A DNA stretch of 64,000 nt from Macrostomum lignano (lineage: Eukaryota), in assembly GCA_002269645.1 (NCBI GenBank), contig NIVC01001984.1, forward strand, positions 1 to 64,000, read 5' to 3'. The position numbers were made by a program, and so were the translations under genes. A model generated the notes under the pieces. It saw only the letters and a program-made list of their open reading frames with translations, did not search any database and was not told where the DNA came from. The number at the start of each line of letters is the position of its first letter. The first letter of the stretch is position 1. Positions 53,446 to 64,000 of this stretch are shown piece after piece.

Positions 53446-53712
53446 TCGAGTCAGTTGTTAACTTTCCTCCACTTCAGCCAGCAACAGTAGCGGCCCGTGC
53501 AACGATCAGAAGTTTTTAATCAAATAGGGGAACAAATGAACAAATGAACGATGTGAGGTCCCCCACCCTATTTTACCGACTTGAAACCCCGGACCTATGC
53601 GTATCTATGCATAACTAAGCAGCAACTCTTCTAAGCTCAGTATCTTACAAAAGCACCTTAATTAGCCTATAGGCTTTCACATTTCTGATACTATTTTAAC
53701 TATATTACGCAT

Positions 53713-56082
53713 TTAATCGTCACTGTAGTCGGAAGGACACCGAAACTCATCGTCACTCGACCCCATCAAATCATCCATTTCTCGAACAGCTCTGTTTACA
53801 TTCGCACTGCGGCGCTTTGCTGCCCTCTGCTGCTGAGTAGGAGCTGGCCGCTTCTGGGCCCGCTGCGGCGTAGCAGATGTGGTGGCCTGCGAAAGCCCGC
53901 TGGCTTGTGGAGTCGAGGCTGCGCTTCTTGCGCTGATTGAATTTGATGGCGTCATGGCACCGATTGTGTTGCGGCGATGCGACCGCCCCGAGATTCGGTC
54001 AGCTCCGTGCCTCAGGTACTGCCGCACTTGGCTAGCGACCAGATCCTGAGACGGCCTGCCGTCCTCCGCTCTGGTGCCGTAAATTGCTGAGACGGCATCT
54101 GCAATTCCAACAAGGGATGCAAAATAGGTCGATAACTATACAAGATTGTGGTATAAAATGACTATATCCGTGTAAAATAAGCATTATAATTATAATTGTT
54201 TTTATGGGTTACAGATTGCAAGAAGGGTTAGCTGCATTTAGCTTAATAACAGAATATCGTACCTTGGATGTAGCCCAAAAACTTGGATTGAAACGCGAGC
54301 TCCCGATCGGATAGCTCCGTGGCTGCACCAGACTGGCACACCCTGTTCCGCATGCCCTGTCCATTGAAATTGACAAGTGCTTGCAGTCGGGGCGTCAGGA
54401 TGACATTGACCATGTCGGTGACTGCAGTTGCCCAATCTCCGCGCCGGCATAGACGGAGATGATTAATCTGAGGGAAGTGACAGTAAGTTGGGTTCCAGCT
54501 TAATTTCGATTAATATAGAAACGAAACTACTTTTACTACTTACTCCTCAGAAGCAGTAGCAAGTAGGGGAATTTTTTAATTAAAATAGGTTAACACTGAA
54601 ACTTACCAAAGTCAAAACTCGCTCAGAAGGCAAATCAGCGAGGAAGCGAGCATACTCCTCCAGTGAACTCAGAGGTTCAAACAGCAAGCTGGCTGATTGC
54701 CCTGCCCGCTGATCCAGACGGGCCTGAATTCCAGCCAGTATGTTGATTATCTGCTGCTGGCTTTCCTCCAGTTTCATTGTCCGCTGGACCAGCTCTCGCA
54801 GCTGAGATACATGGAGGAATACGAGGCCGTCAGCGGAATTTAAGGGCATTGGCGCAATAGACTGAAGCTGTTCTTGCAGCCTCTTGATTGGGCCCGGCCC
54901 GAACTGCAAGCGGACTGGCCGATCGTCTGTGCCAGCAGCAGGTGTGCCAGCATCAGCAGCAGTGCTCAGTAGAGTTTTTTGAATCGTCGACGCCTCTGCA
55001 GCTGCCTTTGCCGCTTCCGCTTTTGCCACTGCCGCCTTCGCTGCTGCCGCCTTCGCCGCCGCCGCCTGTGCTGCTTTTGCCGCTGCCGCTTCCGCCGCTG
55101 CCGCTTCCGCCGCTGCCGCTTCCGCCGCTGCCGCTTCCGCCGCTATCGCTTCGGCCGCTGCCGCTTCCGCCGCTGCCCTTTCGGCCGCTGCCGCTTCCGC
55201 CGCTGCCGCTTCCGCCGCTGCCGCTTCCGCCGCTGCCGCTTCCGCCGCTGCCGCTTCCGCCGCTGCCGCTTCGGGCGCTGCCGCTTCTGCCGCTAAAGCC
55301 TCCGCAGCTGCGGCTGTGGAGGCCGCACTTTTAGAGGCTTCGATCTCTTTCGCTGCCGCAACCGCTGCTGGGGTCTCTGCGTTTCTAGCAGCAGCAAATG
55401 CCGGTGGAAGTGGCGGCAATGCAGAGCCTTTCGAAATCGTCGAATTCGTCGTGGCAACAAATTCAGCATCAGACTCCGGATCGCTTTGAAAGAAATCATC
55501 CGTGTTTGAGGCTGATCCAGTTGCCTCATTCTAAATAGGAGGATGTGGAAGGCAAACTACTCACTGAACCACTCATCCACTGACTCACCCACATACTGAC
55601 CCACTAGTTGACTTGGAATAACAGCTTACCCTTATTTGATAACGGCTGCGGGCCCTTCTCCAATCTTCGCGGGTGAAGACGCGTGGCTGCACTTTCTCTA
55701 GTACATCGGCTAGCCGTTTCTTCTTCCTAATTAATTCTCTTGCGTAGCTGAAGCTGCTGGCCTCCAGACAGTCTTCCATAATAACCTAAAAGATTTGTAG
55801 GTTATTTCTTGAATTTTTATGCATCAATTTCATTAGTTCATTTTTTTTAAAATCACCGAAAATCAGAAAATCAATAAAATATTGTTAAATTCTTACCTGA
55901 ACAATGTAAGCTTCGTAATACTTTTCGTTGTACAGCACTTCACATTTCCATTTTAATGTACAATGGCTCCTATCGAGCCACTCCTGCTCTGTCAGATTTT
56001 TTAGATGTGAAGGCAGAATCACATCCTCTTCCATCATCTCAACTACTTGTCTGTCAATTGCAAAAACAACTAAAAATTTCAT
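53713..56082 (-). CDS. Transposon accessory protein (DUF4806/BEN-like C-terminus, (EAAAA)n helix), about 618 aa, 5 exons
   Basis: Exons 56082-55897, 55785-55630, 55530-54607, 54467-54263, 54098-53713; GT-AG, phases 0,0,0,1, no internal stop found. The C-terminal LLFEPLSSLEEY..VNVILTPRLQALVNFNGQG..YLRHGADRISGR resembles the DUF4806-type partners of animal CMC elements (from memory). Confidence 0.75.
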
Positions 56083-56412
56083 TTTTAAACTTAAAAAATG
56101 ATTTTTTGGATTGACAAAGCACGCAGATCGCACGACAATTGCACGGGGGAAGGTAGTAGAGCAGTTGGAAGTTAAGAAGACAAGTCATAGTTTCAAATAT
56201 CGGGGTGGCAGTGGCACCATTCAGCAAATTAGCCAATGGGATCCGATTGCGGTTGGCCCGCCCTTTCGCTGGATTGGCTAAGCGCTCAGTGCGGGCGATG
56301 GCAGAGTGTTGGTGTTGTTCATCTTACAATTTTGATTAGAAATTCTTGATCATTCAAATTTGATTATTTGTTTAAAATTTTATTGAACGAAACGGAAACG
56401 TAATTATACGTC
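56083..56412. promoter_or_regulatory. Putative bidirectional promoter between the accessory gene and the transposase
   Basis: 330 bp between divergent ATGs. CCAAT at 56233, inverted ATTGG at 56273, and GC box CCCGCCC near 56257. Confidence 0.5.
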
Positions 56413-58377
56413 ATGGCATCAAGGAGCAAACGAAGAAGAGCGGATGATTTCCTAATGACTAGGTTTCTCCGGGACGATGTCGGCTATGGCAAAGCAATGC
56501 CTGAAGCTAGCCCTGTAGAAGTTGATGTCACGGAGGAGCCGACAGAAACTGCTGAAGTTGAGGAAGAAGAAGCTGGCTTTGATGAGCTTCGGTCGTTGAG
56601 CAGCACTGACGATGAAGAGGAAGAGAAACCCCAGGATATTCGCTCAACAGAGAAGAAACTGCTGGACTTGCTGGTCAGTTTCTTCACCATCTTTGGCTAT
56701 TCCAGACCAGCGGCTATTTTCCTACTGGCCGGACTTCGTGCGATTGATTTGCCAGCACCTAACTATAAAACAGTCGAGCGAATTCTGAAAGAAGATCAAC
56801 CCACTGGAAAGACAACTCCAATGGGCAATGGACACTTCCGGTATGTGTCGATTCTTGATAACCTGCAGTTGCTGCTCAGCCAAGGTCTGCTGCGACTGAT
56901 GCCCGAGAATGAGCACCGTGATGATCAAAGTTCCACTCCTAAAGTGTTTAAGTTCGAAGGAATCGTCAATTGCGATGGTTTACCACTCTACCATTCGAGT
57001 GGATTCGGACTGTGGCCTATTTTAATGAAAATTCCTGGCGCATTCGCAAAGCCTTTTCCGGTGGGAGTTTGGGCCGGCGTTGGAAAACCTCCACTTTTGC
57101 CCTACCTTCAAGAATTTTGCCAAGAGGCCACAAAATTTCTTTCTGGTCCTGTCACAATTAGTAAAGACGTCTCCATTACTCTATCAACAATTTATTTCGT
57201 TTGCGACGCCCCCGCCCGAGCATTTTTAATGGCAACCTTGAATCACAACTCCTATCATGGCTGCAGCTATTGCCGAGCGGTAGGGCCTCGTGTTGCAAAC
57301 CGTGTGACTTATGCACTGACGGCTGGAGAAAGCCGCTGCGGAAAGATCTATCGCGCAGGGATGGAGAGGAACCAGGAAACAAAAAGCAGGATTCGTTCTC
57401 CGCTACTGGATTTGCCGAGCATAGATTTTGTCACGTCTTTTCCTCTTGATTATCAGCATGCTGTTTGTCTTGGTGTTGTTCGCAAGCTAATGAACTTATA
57501 CTTTGGCAAAGGACCAGCCGGTGAATGCAAGCTTAATCCGACACAGTTGCGCCGAATGTCGGATAAGATCACTTTGGTTGCTTCGTGGACACCGTCAGAG
57601 TTTCAGAGACGGCCTCGGCGAATTGATATAAACTTACAGTACATGAAAGCAACAGAATTTCGCCAATTTTTACTTTATTTGGGACCGATTCTGTTTCGAG
57701 GCTTCGTGCAGGAAAAATATATTAATCATTTCTTGCTTCTGCACTTTGCTCTATATGTCTACTCTGATAGGCGGCTGATCGACTTGTATGACCACGCTAA
57801 AAAATGTATTGAAGAATTCGTATTAAAAACAGCGGAACTTTTTGGACAGCAGTCCGTTAGTTATAACATTCATGCTTTGCTTCATTTAGATCAGTTCGTG
57901 CGGCAACACGCAGATATTAATTACTTCTCAACGTTTGCATTTGAAAACTATCTGGGTGCAGTGAAGCGAAGCATTAAAGTCACAAGGCACCTTGCAGCCC
58001 ATTGCGTCCAACAAGTTTTTAAGGTGAGAAAGCAAACGCTGCTTCAAAACCACAGCATTCCGGCACTAAGATACCGGCCGACAGCAAGTGACAACTGCTG
58101 TTTTGTCGATGAAACCTGCAATACGTGCGTCTACATCGACAGCCTTTCAGCAAGTGGACTAGTTTCTGGCAGGATTCTTCTTCCCGAGAGTGACGTTTAC
58201 TCGTACCCATACGAATCCCTCACGCTTGGAATTGGGATTTACCGCCTTACATCGATTGTCACTAGTGGTGTGCCGCAACGCAAATGCTGGATTTGGCCTT
58301 CAAAAAATCTGGATACCGAAGCAACTGACGCAGAAAGTCGTTTCCACGTTGTGCCTCTAACGGGCGACAGGGATTAG
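56413..58377 (+). CDS. CMC/EnSpm-type DDE transposase, 654 aa, uninterrupted ORF
   Basis: Motifs NCDGLPLYHSS..LWPIL, GKP, FVCDAPARAFL, HNSYHGCSYC, PLDYQHAVCLGVVRKL, EFQRRPR, KATEFRQFLLY, YNIHALLHL, FAFENYLG. Confidence 0.93.
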   Translation: MASRSKRRRADDFLMTRFLRDDVGYGKAMPEASPVEVDVTEEPTETAEVEEEEAGFDELRSLSSTDDEEEEKPQDIRSTEKKLLDLLVSFFTIFGYSRPAAIFLLAGLRAIDLPAPNYKTVERILKEDQPTGKTTPMGNGHFRYVSILDNLQLLLSQGLLRLMPENEHRDDQSSTPKVFKFEGIVNCDGLPLYHSSGFGLWPILMKIPGAFAKPFPVGVWAGVGKPPLLPYLQEFCQEATKFLSGPVTISKDVSITLSTIYFVCDAPARAFLMATLNHNSYHGCSYCRAVGPRVANRVTYALTAGESRCGKIYRAGMERNQETKSRIRSPLLDLPSIDFVTSFPLDYQHAVCLGVVRKLMNLYFGKGPAGECKLNPTQLRRMSDKITLVASWTPSEFQRRPRRIDINLQYMKATEFRQFLLYLGPILFRGFVQEKYINHFLLLHFALYVYSDRRLIDLYDHAKKCIEEFVLKTAELFGQQSVSYNIHALLHLDQFVRQHADINYFSTFAFENYLGAVKRSIKVTRHLAAHCVQQVFKVRKQTLLQNHSIPALRYRPTASDNCCFVDETCNTCVYIDSLSASGLVSGRILLPESDVYSYPYESLTLGIGIYRLTSIVTSGVPQRKCWIWPSKNLDTEATDAESRFHVVPLTGDRD

Positions 58378-59864
58378 ATTAGATATGAACTGATTCGTAA
58401 GTCAATTTTAACCCAACGTTTTTTTTTCAAGGTTTCTAAACAAGTGTATTGCCTAACTTATTGAAACTCGTATCATTTCCCACAGCTGTTTTGGAATCAT
58501 CGATCAGCTGCTTTGATTTCTCGACTCCGCCTCGCAGGGCTCGCATGCATCTACCGAAAAAAACTACTAGCTTATTCGACTGTGAACTGGCAATATCAAT
58601 ACACAAAGACAGACTGAAACATCGAGAACGCTAGACTGTTTTTTTCTCTGTTCTGCTTTGCTCTCTTTGTTTTGATTTGTTGAACCAAGATTTATAGCTA
58701 TATAGCTAATAGAAATCGTGGGACCCATTTTATTCATGGTCTGTGAACCCTGCTGGCCTGGACATGCCTGGATCAAACAGAGGCTCGAAATAAGCTTTTT
58801 TCTTATGGGGGTGGGGTATAAAGAGACAGAGGCAGCTGTTGTGGCCATAAAAAATGTCGGCTCGACAGGCTTTGAGTTGCTCCTCTACACGATATATCTC
58901 TCTCGCAATTCAGTTCGAAATAAAATTGATACATACTTCCCCACCAACACACTGCCCGCTTCTTTGCTATCTATCAAACAGGCCTTTTCTGTTCGAACTC
59001 AGTCTCCCATAAAGTAAACAACTATATAACTTAGAAGCAGGTCTGTGGGCTAGAACTGAGCTAAAATCTATCTGCTTCCATGAATGGCTTCGAAAAGGAA
59101 CACTTTTGGCGCAGCCAGAAATTTGAATCCACTTGGAGAGTGGAGGGAGTGGGCCTGTACAATATCGAAAATATACGATTCCCCATTCCCTTGCATTTTC
59201 TGTATCCCCTGTCACCCTTTTGCTGCGTTAACACCAGTACACCAGTGAATAGAGAGGCCAGCTAAATTTCCAAGACACTACAGATCCGAACCGTCAAGAG
59301 AGCTTTTTTCTGAAAATAAAGTTCGTTCATTTCTTGACACTGAGTTAGGTGTGTCAATAATTTCAGCATTAACGACAGTTAGATTTATCAAATTTGAGTG
59401 TTGAGAACTATGTGTTTGAATAATTAAACTAACTTTTTATCAATATGTTTCATTAACTGGTTACTAACTCTTTTAAGGCTTATTAAGCCGTTAATACCCA
59501 TGTGAATGTTACAGTAACTATATTTTTTACGTTTTAATTACAAAGTTTAGCCTTTCAACAACAACGCTTAATCTGTTTTGCATACTTGTCCTGTCTTACA
59601 TTTACTACAATGAACAACAGTATCTGCTTGTAACTATCTATACTTCGAGATTTGTGTGTCGTCTGAAACGAAAGAGTTGATATTTTTAGCGTGAGTTACA
59701 AACGTACAAATATTAAAAACTCAATAAAAATTTACAACCGCAACAAATTCACGGGGCGCTTTCATTAGGCAAAAATTTCACTTTGCCGAAAAGCACTCTC
59801 TTTCACTAGGCCGAACCTTATGTACCTCGTAAGAGCGTGCTCGGCAATGTGAAGTTCCTCTATC

Positions 59865-61090
59865 CTCTCTACCCTCTCTCCTTTCTACCCTCTCTTCTCT
59901 ACCCTCTCTTCTCTACCCTCTCTCCTTTCTACCCTCTCTTCTCTACCCTCTCTTCTCTACCCTCTCTCTTCTCTACCCTCTCTCCTCTCTACCCTCTCTT
60001 CTCTACCCTCTCTTCTCTACCCTCTCTCTTCTCTACCCTCTCTTTTCTCTACCCTCTCTCTTCTCTACCCTCTCTCTTCTCTACCATCTCTCCTCTCTAC
60101 CCTCTCTTCTCTACCCTCTCTCTTCTCTACCCTCTCTCTTCTCTACCCTCTCTCTTCTCTACCCTCTCTCTTCTCTACCCTCTCTCCTCTCTACCCTCTC
60201 CTCTCTACCCTCTCTCTTCTCTACCCTCTCTCTTCTCTACCCTCTCTCCTCTCTACCCTCTCTTCTCTACCCTCTCTCTTTCTACCCTCTCTCCTCTCTA
60301 CCCTTCTCCTCTCTACCCTCTCTCCTCTCTCCCTATTTCTTCTTTCTCTTCCTTCTCTCCTCTCCTCCCTCTCTCCCTTCTCTCGTCTCTTCCCTCTTTT
60401 CTCCTCTTGTCTTCTTTCTTATCTCATCTCTCTCTGTCTCTCATGTCTCATGAGCTTGCACTGGATTTTTCATCTGGCCCTTGAGGAAAAAAGTTTGCCA
60501 GCCTCTGGGTTAAAGCTTTGAGTCAGCTTTGCTTCTCGCAGCGCAGCACAGCGAGCCAATAGGTCGGATTACCTAGCTCTTACTTCCCTGGCCAATTTAG
60601 ACTGCCATAACTTTGCCCCAAATAAATATATTTATTTCAAACTTGAGTCGATTGCGCCTTGATATGTTTTCTGTCTAAACATGGAGTCTCAGCTTCATAA
60701 CTCAATCAGGACAGGACAGAAACTATGAGCATGTGAAGTTTGCCTGATTTTTATCTATTCTTTCGCCTGTGGAGTAGTAGAGCAGTTAGAGAAAACAGGG
60801 AAACATAGAAAGCTATAGAAAACAGAGGGAGAGAGAAGAGATGAAAAAGCAGTAGACAAGAAGACAGATAGAGCAGCAGAGAGGACAGATGAAAGGGATG
60901 CAGGGCAGATGCAAGAGAGGGAGGATGAAAAAAGGGTACAGCGGAAGAGAAGACCGGGATAACAGAGTGAGAGTATAGACAGATCGAAGGGGGGGGGGGA
61001 GAACAGTGTGAACAAAGGGAGAGAGGAGAGTAGACAGATAGAAGGGACTGAGGAATAGGTTGAGAGAGGACAGATGGAGAGAAAAAGAGA
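59865..61090 (+). repeat. CT-rich minisatellite (59865-60450) and GA-rich tract (60780-61090) inside the transposon
   Basis: Unit ctctaccctctct(c/t)ttct; purine-rich degenerate tract. Confidence 0.85.
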
Positions 61091-62156
61091 CAGTAGAATC
61101 TTGCTTAAATAAACCGACGGAATCGAAATCGTAGACCTTGTTTGGTTTTTCCTAACTTCCATTGCACTAGCTATTTAAATATTTTTTGTTAGATTTTAAA
61201 TCAAAGAAGCAAAAGAGATACAGGGTTCCAAATTCTGTGGGTTTAAATTCCAGATGTTAAAGCAGCGTGTTTTCACCAAAACAAATATATAAATAATCAA
61301 TAGTTAGTTTTGCCTGCAGAGAAATATCCAAGCTGCGCAACGGCATCCAGGAATAAAAAATCTGCGATTTTAGTGGACACTACTCAAAGCTGTAACAGCT
61401 GCTGCAGCATTTTTCAGATCATTGATTATGGATTTCTGGCCAACAGGAACAGCATGAAGTCAAGCATTGCAGACACTACTCGTAGTTTCACCCAGTGAGG
61501 AGCACTTAATTCTACTTCTAAGGGGCATTTTAAGCCGGCATGTTCGATCAGCAGGTTTAGCAGCAATTAAAAATAGATGGCAAAGACAAGCTCACTTTCT
61601 AAAAGCGCAAATATTTAATATTTATCGTCTATTTGATGCTTTTAATCTTCTTTCGACTGCAAACAAAAATTTGTTCTCGGGGGCCTGCAACTCTACGCTA
61701 CTAAAAGTAGTCTGATGCGCATTTAAATTTTTATGAAACTCTACACATCTTTCCGGAAAAATAATTTCACAATGTTGGCACTAGGCAACAGCAAATATTT
61801 CCCTAACGTTTATTGTAAAGAGTAGTCACCTATTATTGTGATAAAAAACGGTTCTCCCGCTAAGCTGTAAGGGCAATGCTATTAAATAAAGCTGCCTGGA
61901 ACATGAAACATGCCAAATTTAGGTTGCCGCCTCATAGGCCGCCGGGCGATCACCGGGCGGCTTCGATTAGGATTTAAAAAATCGTACTTATTAAGGCGAA
62001 ATAAAGTATCACGATTACAAAATCACAATTTCTCATTGAAAAATCAGATCATCCTTCATTGTAAAGTGAAAATAAAAATATTTACTGACTGCCCTCACAG
62101 GCGGTCGCGAGGGCGCACACCGCCCACTGTACGCCCCACTTTGTTGTCCCACTGGG

Positions 62157-62600
62157 AAATATCCTATTATCCCCAAATTTACAAATATCTCATTATCCCC
62201 GAATTCATAAACATCCCATTATCTCCAAATTCATAAATATCCCATCATCCCCAAATTCTAAAATATCTCATTATCCCCGAATTCATAAACATCCCATTAT
62301 CTCCAAATTCATAAATATCCCATCATCCCCAAATTCTAAAATATCTCATTATCCCCGAATTCATAAACATCCCATTATCTCCAAATTCATAAATATCCTA
62401 TTATCCCCAAATTAAAAAATATCAGATTATCCCCAAACTCACAAATATCCCATTATCCCCAAATATACAAATATCCTATTATCCCCAAATTCAAAAATAT
62501 ACCATTATACCCAAATTCACAAATATTCCACTATCCCTAAATTCACAAATATCCCATTATCCCCAAATTCACAAACATCCCATTATCACAAATCTCCTAC
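62157..62600 (+). repeat. Approx. 24-26-bp minisatellite into whose edge the transposon inserted
   Basis: Unit atatcccattatccccaaattcacaa. Confidence 0.9.
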
Positions 62601-62626
62601 AAATCGCATTACTCATTCCCAGCTAA

Positions 62627-62882
62627 CTAAGCGCCATTATCATTACTATTGTGCCCAGAATTGTGCGCAAGCGACTGTCGGGAACTCAGCTGCGACTCCG
62701 GCGGCGGGCCAAAGAACTCGCATTCCAGATACTTCAGCCAGAGATCCAAGGGCGCGTCAGAGGGTGGCAGGATGCAGCCGGGCGGCAGGCAGCCTCCAGG
62801 CTGTACGGAGACCACCCGTATCGCTCGCTCAGAGCCAATGTCCAGCTCCACGATGTCCATACCGCGCCTGCCCGCCATGTAC
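62627..62882 (-). CDS. Terminal coding exon of an unidentified gene extending beyond the window
   Basis: Pyrimidine tract with branch-like ctcac..cccttgcacag|G TAC ATG. Open frame YMAGRRGMDIVELD..LDLWLKYLECEFF.. to TAG at 62627. The upstream sequence is an intron-type minisatellite. Confidence 0.6.
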
Positions 62883-62984
62883 CTGTGCAAGGGTGAGTAG
62901 AGAGCTGACAATAAGAAAATGGATTGGGATTATGGGATAAAGAGGGGAAGGGCGAGGCTGAGGATAAGGCAGAGTCAAGAAGGG

Positions 62985-64000
62985 GCCAGAGAGAGTTCAG
63001 AAAGAATCAGTCAGGATTTGGAAAGGGTTGGACTGATACAAATACGGAAAGGGTCAGACAGGACCCAGAAAGGGTCAGACAGGATCCAGAAGGGGTCACA
63101 CAGGATCCAGAAAGGGTCAGACAGGATCCAGAAGCGGTCAGACAGTATCCAGAAAGGGTCAGACTGACAATACGAGAAAAGGGTCAGACAGAATCCGAAA
63201 GAGGTCAGACAGAATCTGGAAAGGGTCAGGCAGAATCCGGAAAGGGTCAGACAGAATCTGGAAAGGGTCAGACTGACAATACGAGAAAAGGGTCAGACTG
63301 ACAATACGAGAAAAGGGTCAGACTGACAATACGAGAAAAGGGTCAGACTGACAATACGAGAAAAGGGTCAGACAGAATCCGAAAGAGGTCAGACAGAATC
63401 TGGAAAGGGTCAGGCAGAATCCGGAAAGGGTCAGACAGAATCCGGAAAGGGTCAGACAGAATCCGGAAAGGGTCAGACTGACAATACGAAAAGGGTCAGA
63501 CAGAATCCGGAAAGGGTCAGACAGAATGCGGAAAGGGTCAGACTGACAATATGGAAAGGGTCAGACAGAATGCGGAAAGGGTCAGACTGACAATACGGAA
63601 AGGGTCAGACAGAATCCGGAAAGGGTCAGACAGAATGCGGAAAGGGTCAAACTGACAATCCGGAAAGGGTCAGACAGAATCCGGAAAGGGTCAGACAGAA
63701 TCCGGAAAGGGTCAGACAGAATGCGGAAAGGGTCAGACTGACAATATGGAAAGGGTCAGACAGAATGCGGAAAGGGTCAGACTGACAATACGGAAAGGGT
63801 CAGACAGAATCCGGAAAGGGTCAGACAGAATGCGGAAAGGGTCAGACTGACAATACGGAAAGGGTCAGACAGAATCCGGAAAGGGTCAGACAGAATCCGG
63901 AAAGGGTCAGACAGAATGCGGAAAGGGTCAGACTGACAATACGGAAAGGGTCAGACTGACAATACGGAAAGGGTCAGACAGAATGCGGAAATGGTCAGAC
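62985..64000 (+). repeat. Approx. 24-bp minisatellite (intron of the truncated gene)
   Basis: Unit ggaaagggtcagacagaatcc / ggaaagggtcagactgacaatac. Confidence 0.92.

Larger units (their letters stand above)
52731..62156. mobile_element. CMC/EnSpm (CACTA-related) DNA transposon, about 9.4 kb, apparently full length
   Basis: 11-bp TIR CCCAGTGGGAC (52731-52741) and GTCCCACTGGG (62146-62156), fitting the CMCWR terminus rule. Flanked by AA on both sides (2-bp TSD). Encloses a transposase and a divergent accessory gene. Confidence 0.85.

Noticed and set aside
58756-58780. LIQACPG caspase-like motif on the minus strand inside the transposon
   Set aside because: No flanking caspase motifs (SHG, KPKLF); probably chance.
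62700-62750. DLWLKYLECE resembling a HAT repeat (UTP6/RRP5-like)
   Set aside because: A single short motif is insufficient to name the gene; the rest lies outside the window.

Overview
Intron-rich animal genomic DNA, not prokaryotic. GC-rich exons are separated by introns filled with locus-specific mini- and microsatellites. The style suggests a free-living flatworm such as Macrostomum, but this is inference and not verified. Hand-built spliced models (all GT-AG, phases checked) give, in order: a four-module CCN protein (minus), an effector caspase (plus), RBM48 (plus), a J-domain-less RJL/Rbj-type small GTPase (minus), an alpha7-like nicotinic acetylcholine receptor subunit (minus), an uncharacterised Pro/Gln-rich protein (minus), a 9.4-kb CMC/EnSpm DNA transposon, and the last exon of an unidentified gene. 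The transposon has TIRs, a 2-bp TSD, an intact transposase and a divergent 5-exon accessory gene. The standout observation is that the nAChR gene carries two independent pairs of tandem-duplicated, equal-length, same-phase exons: 195 nt (loop C + TM1) and 87 nt (TM2 pore). This implies mutually exclusive splicing of both the agonist site and the pore, giving up to four subunit isoforms. Most long ORFs in the supplied track are repeat artefacts.
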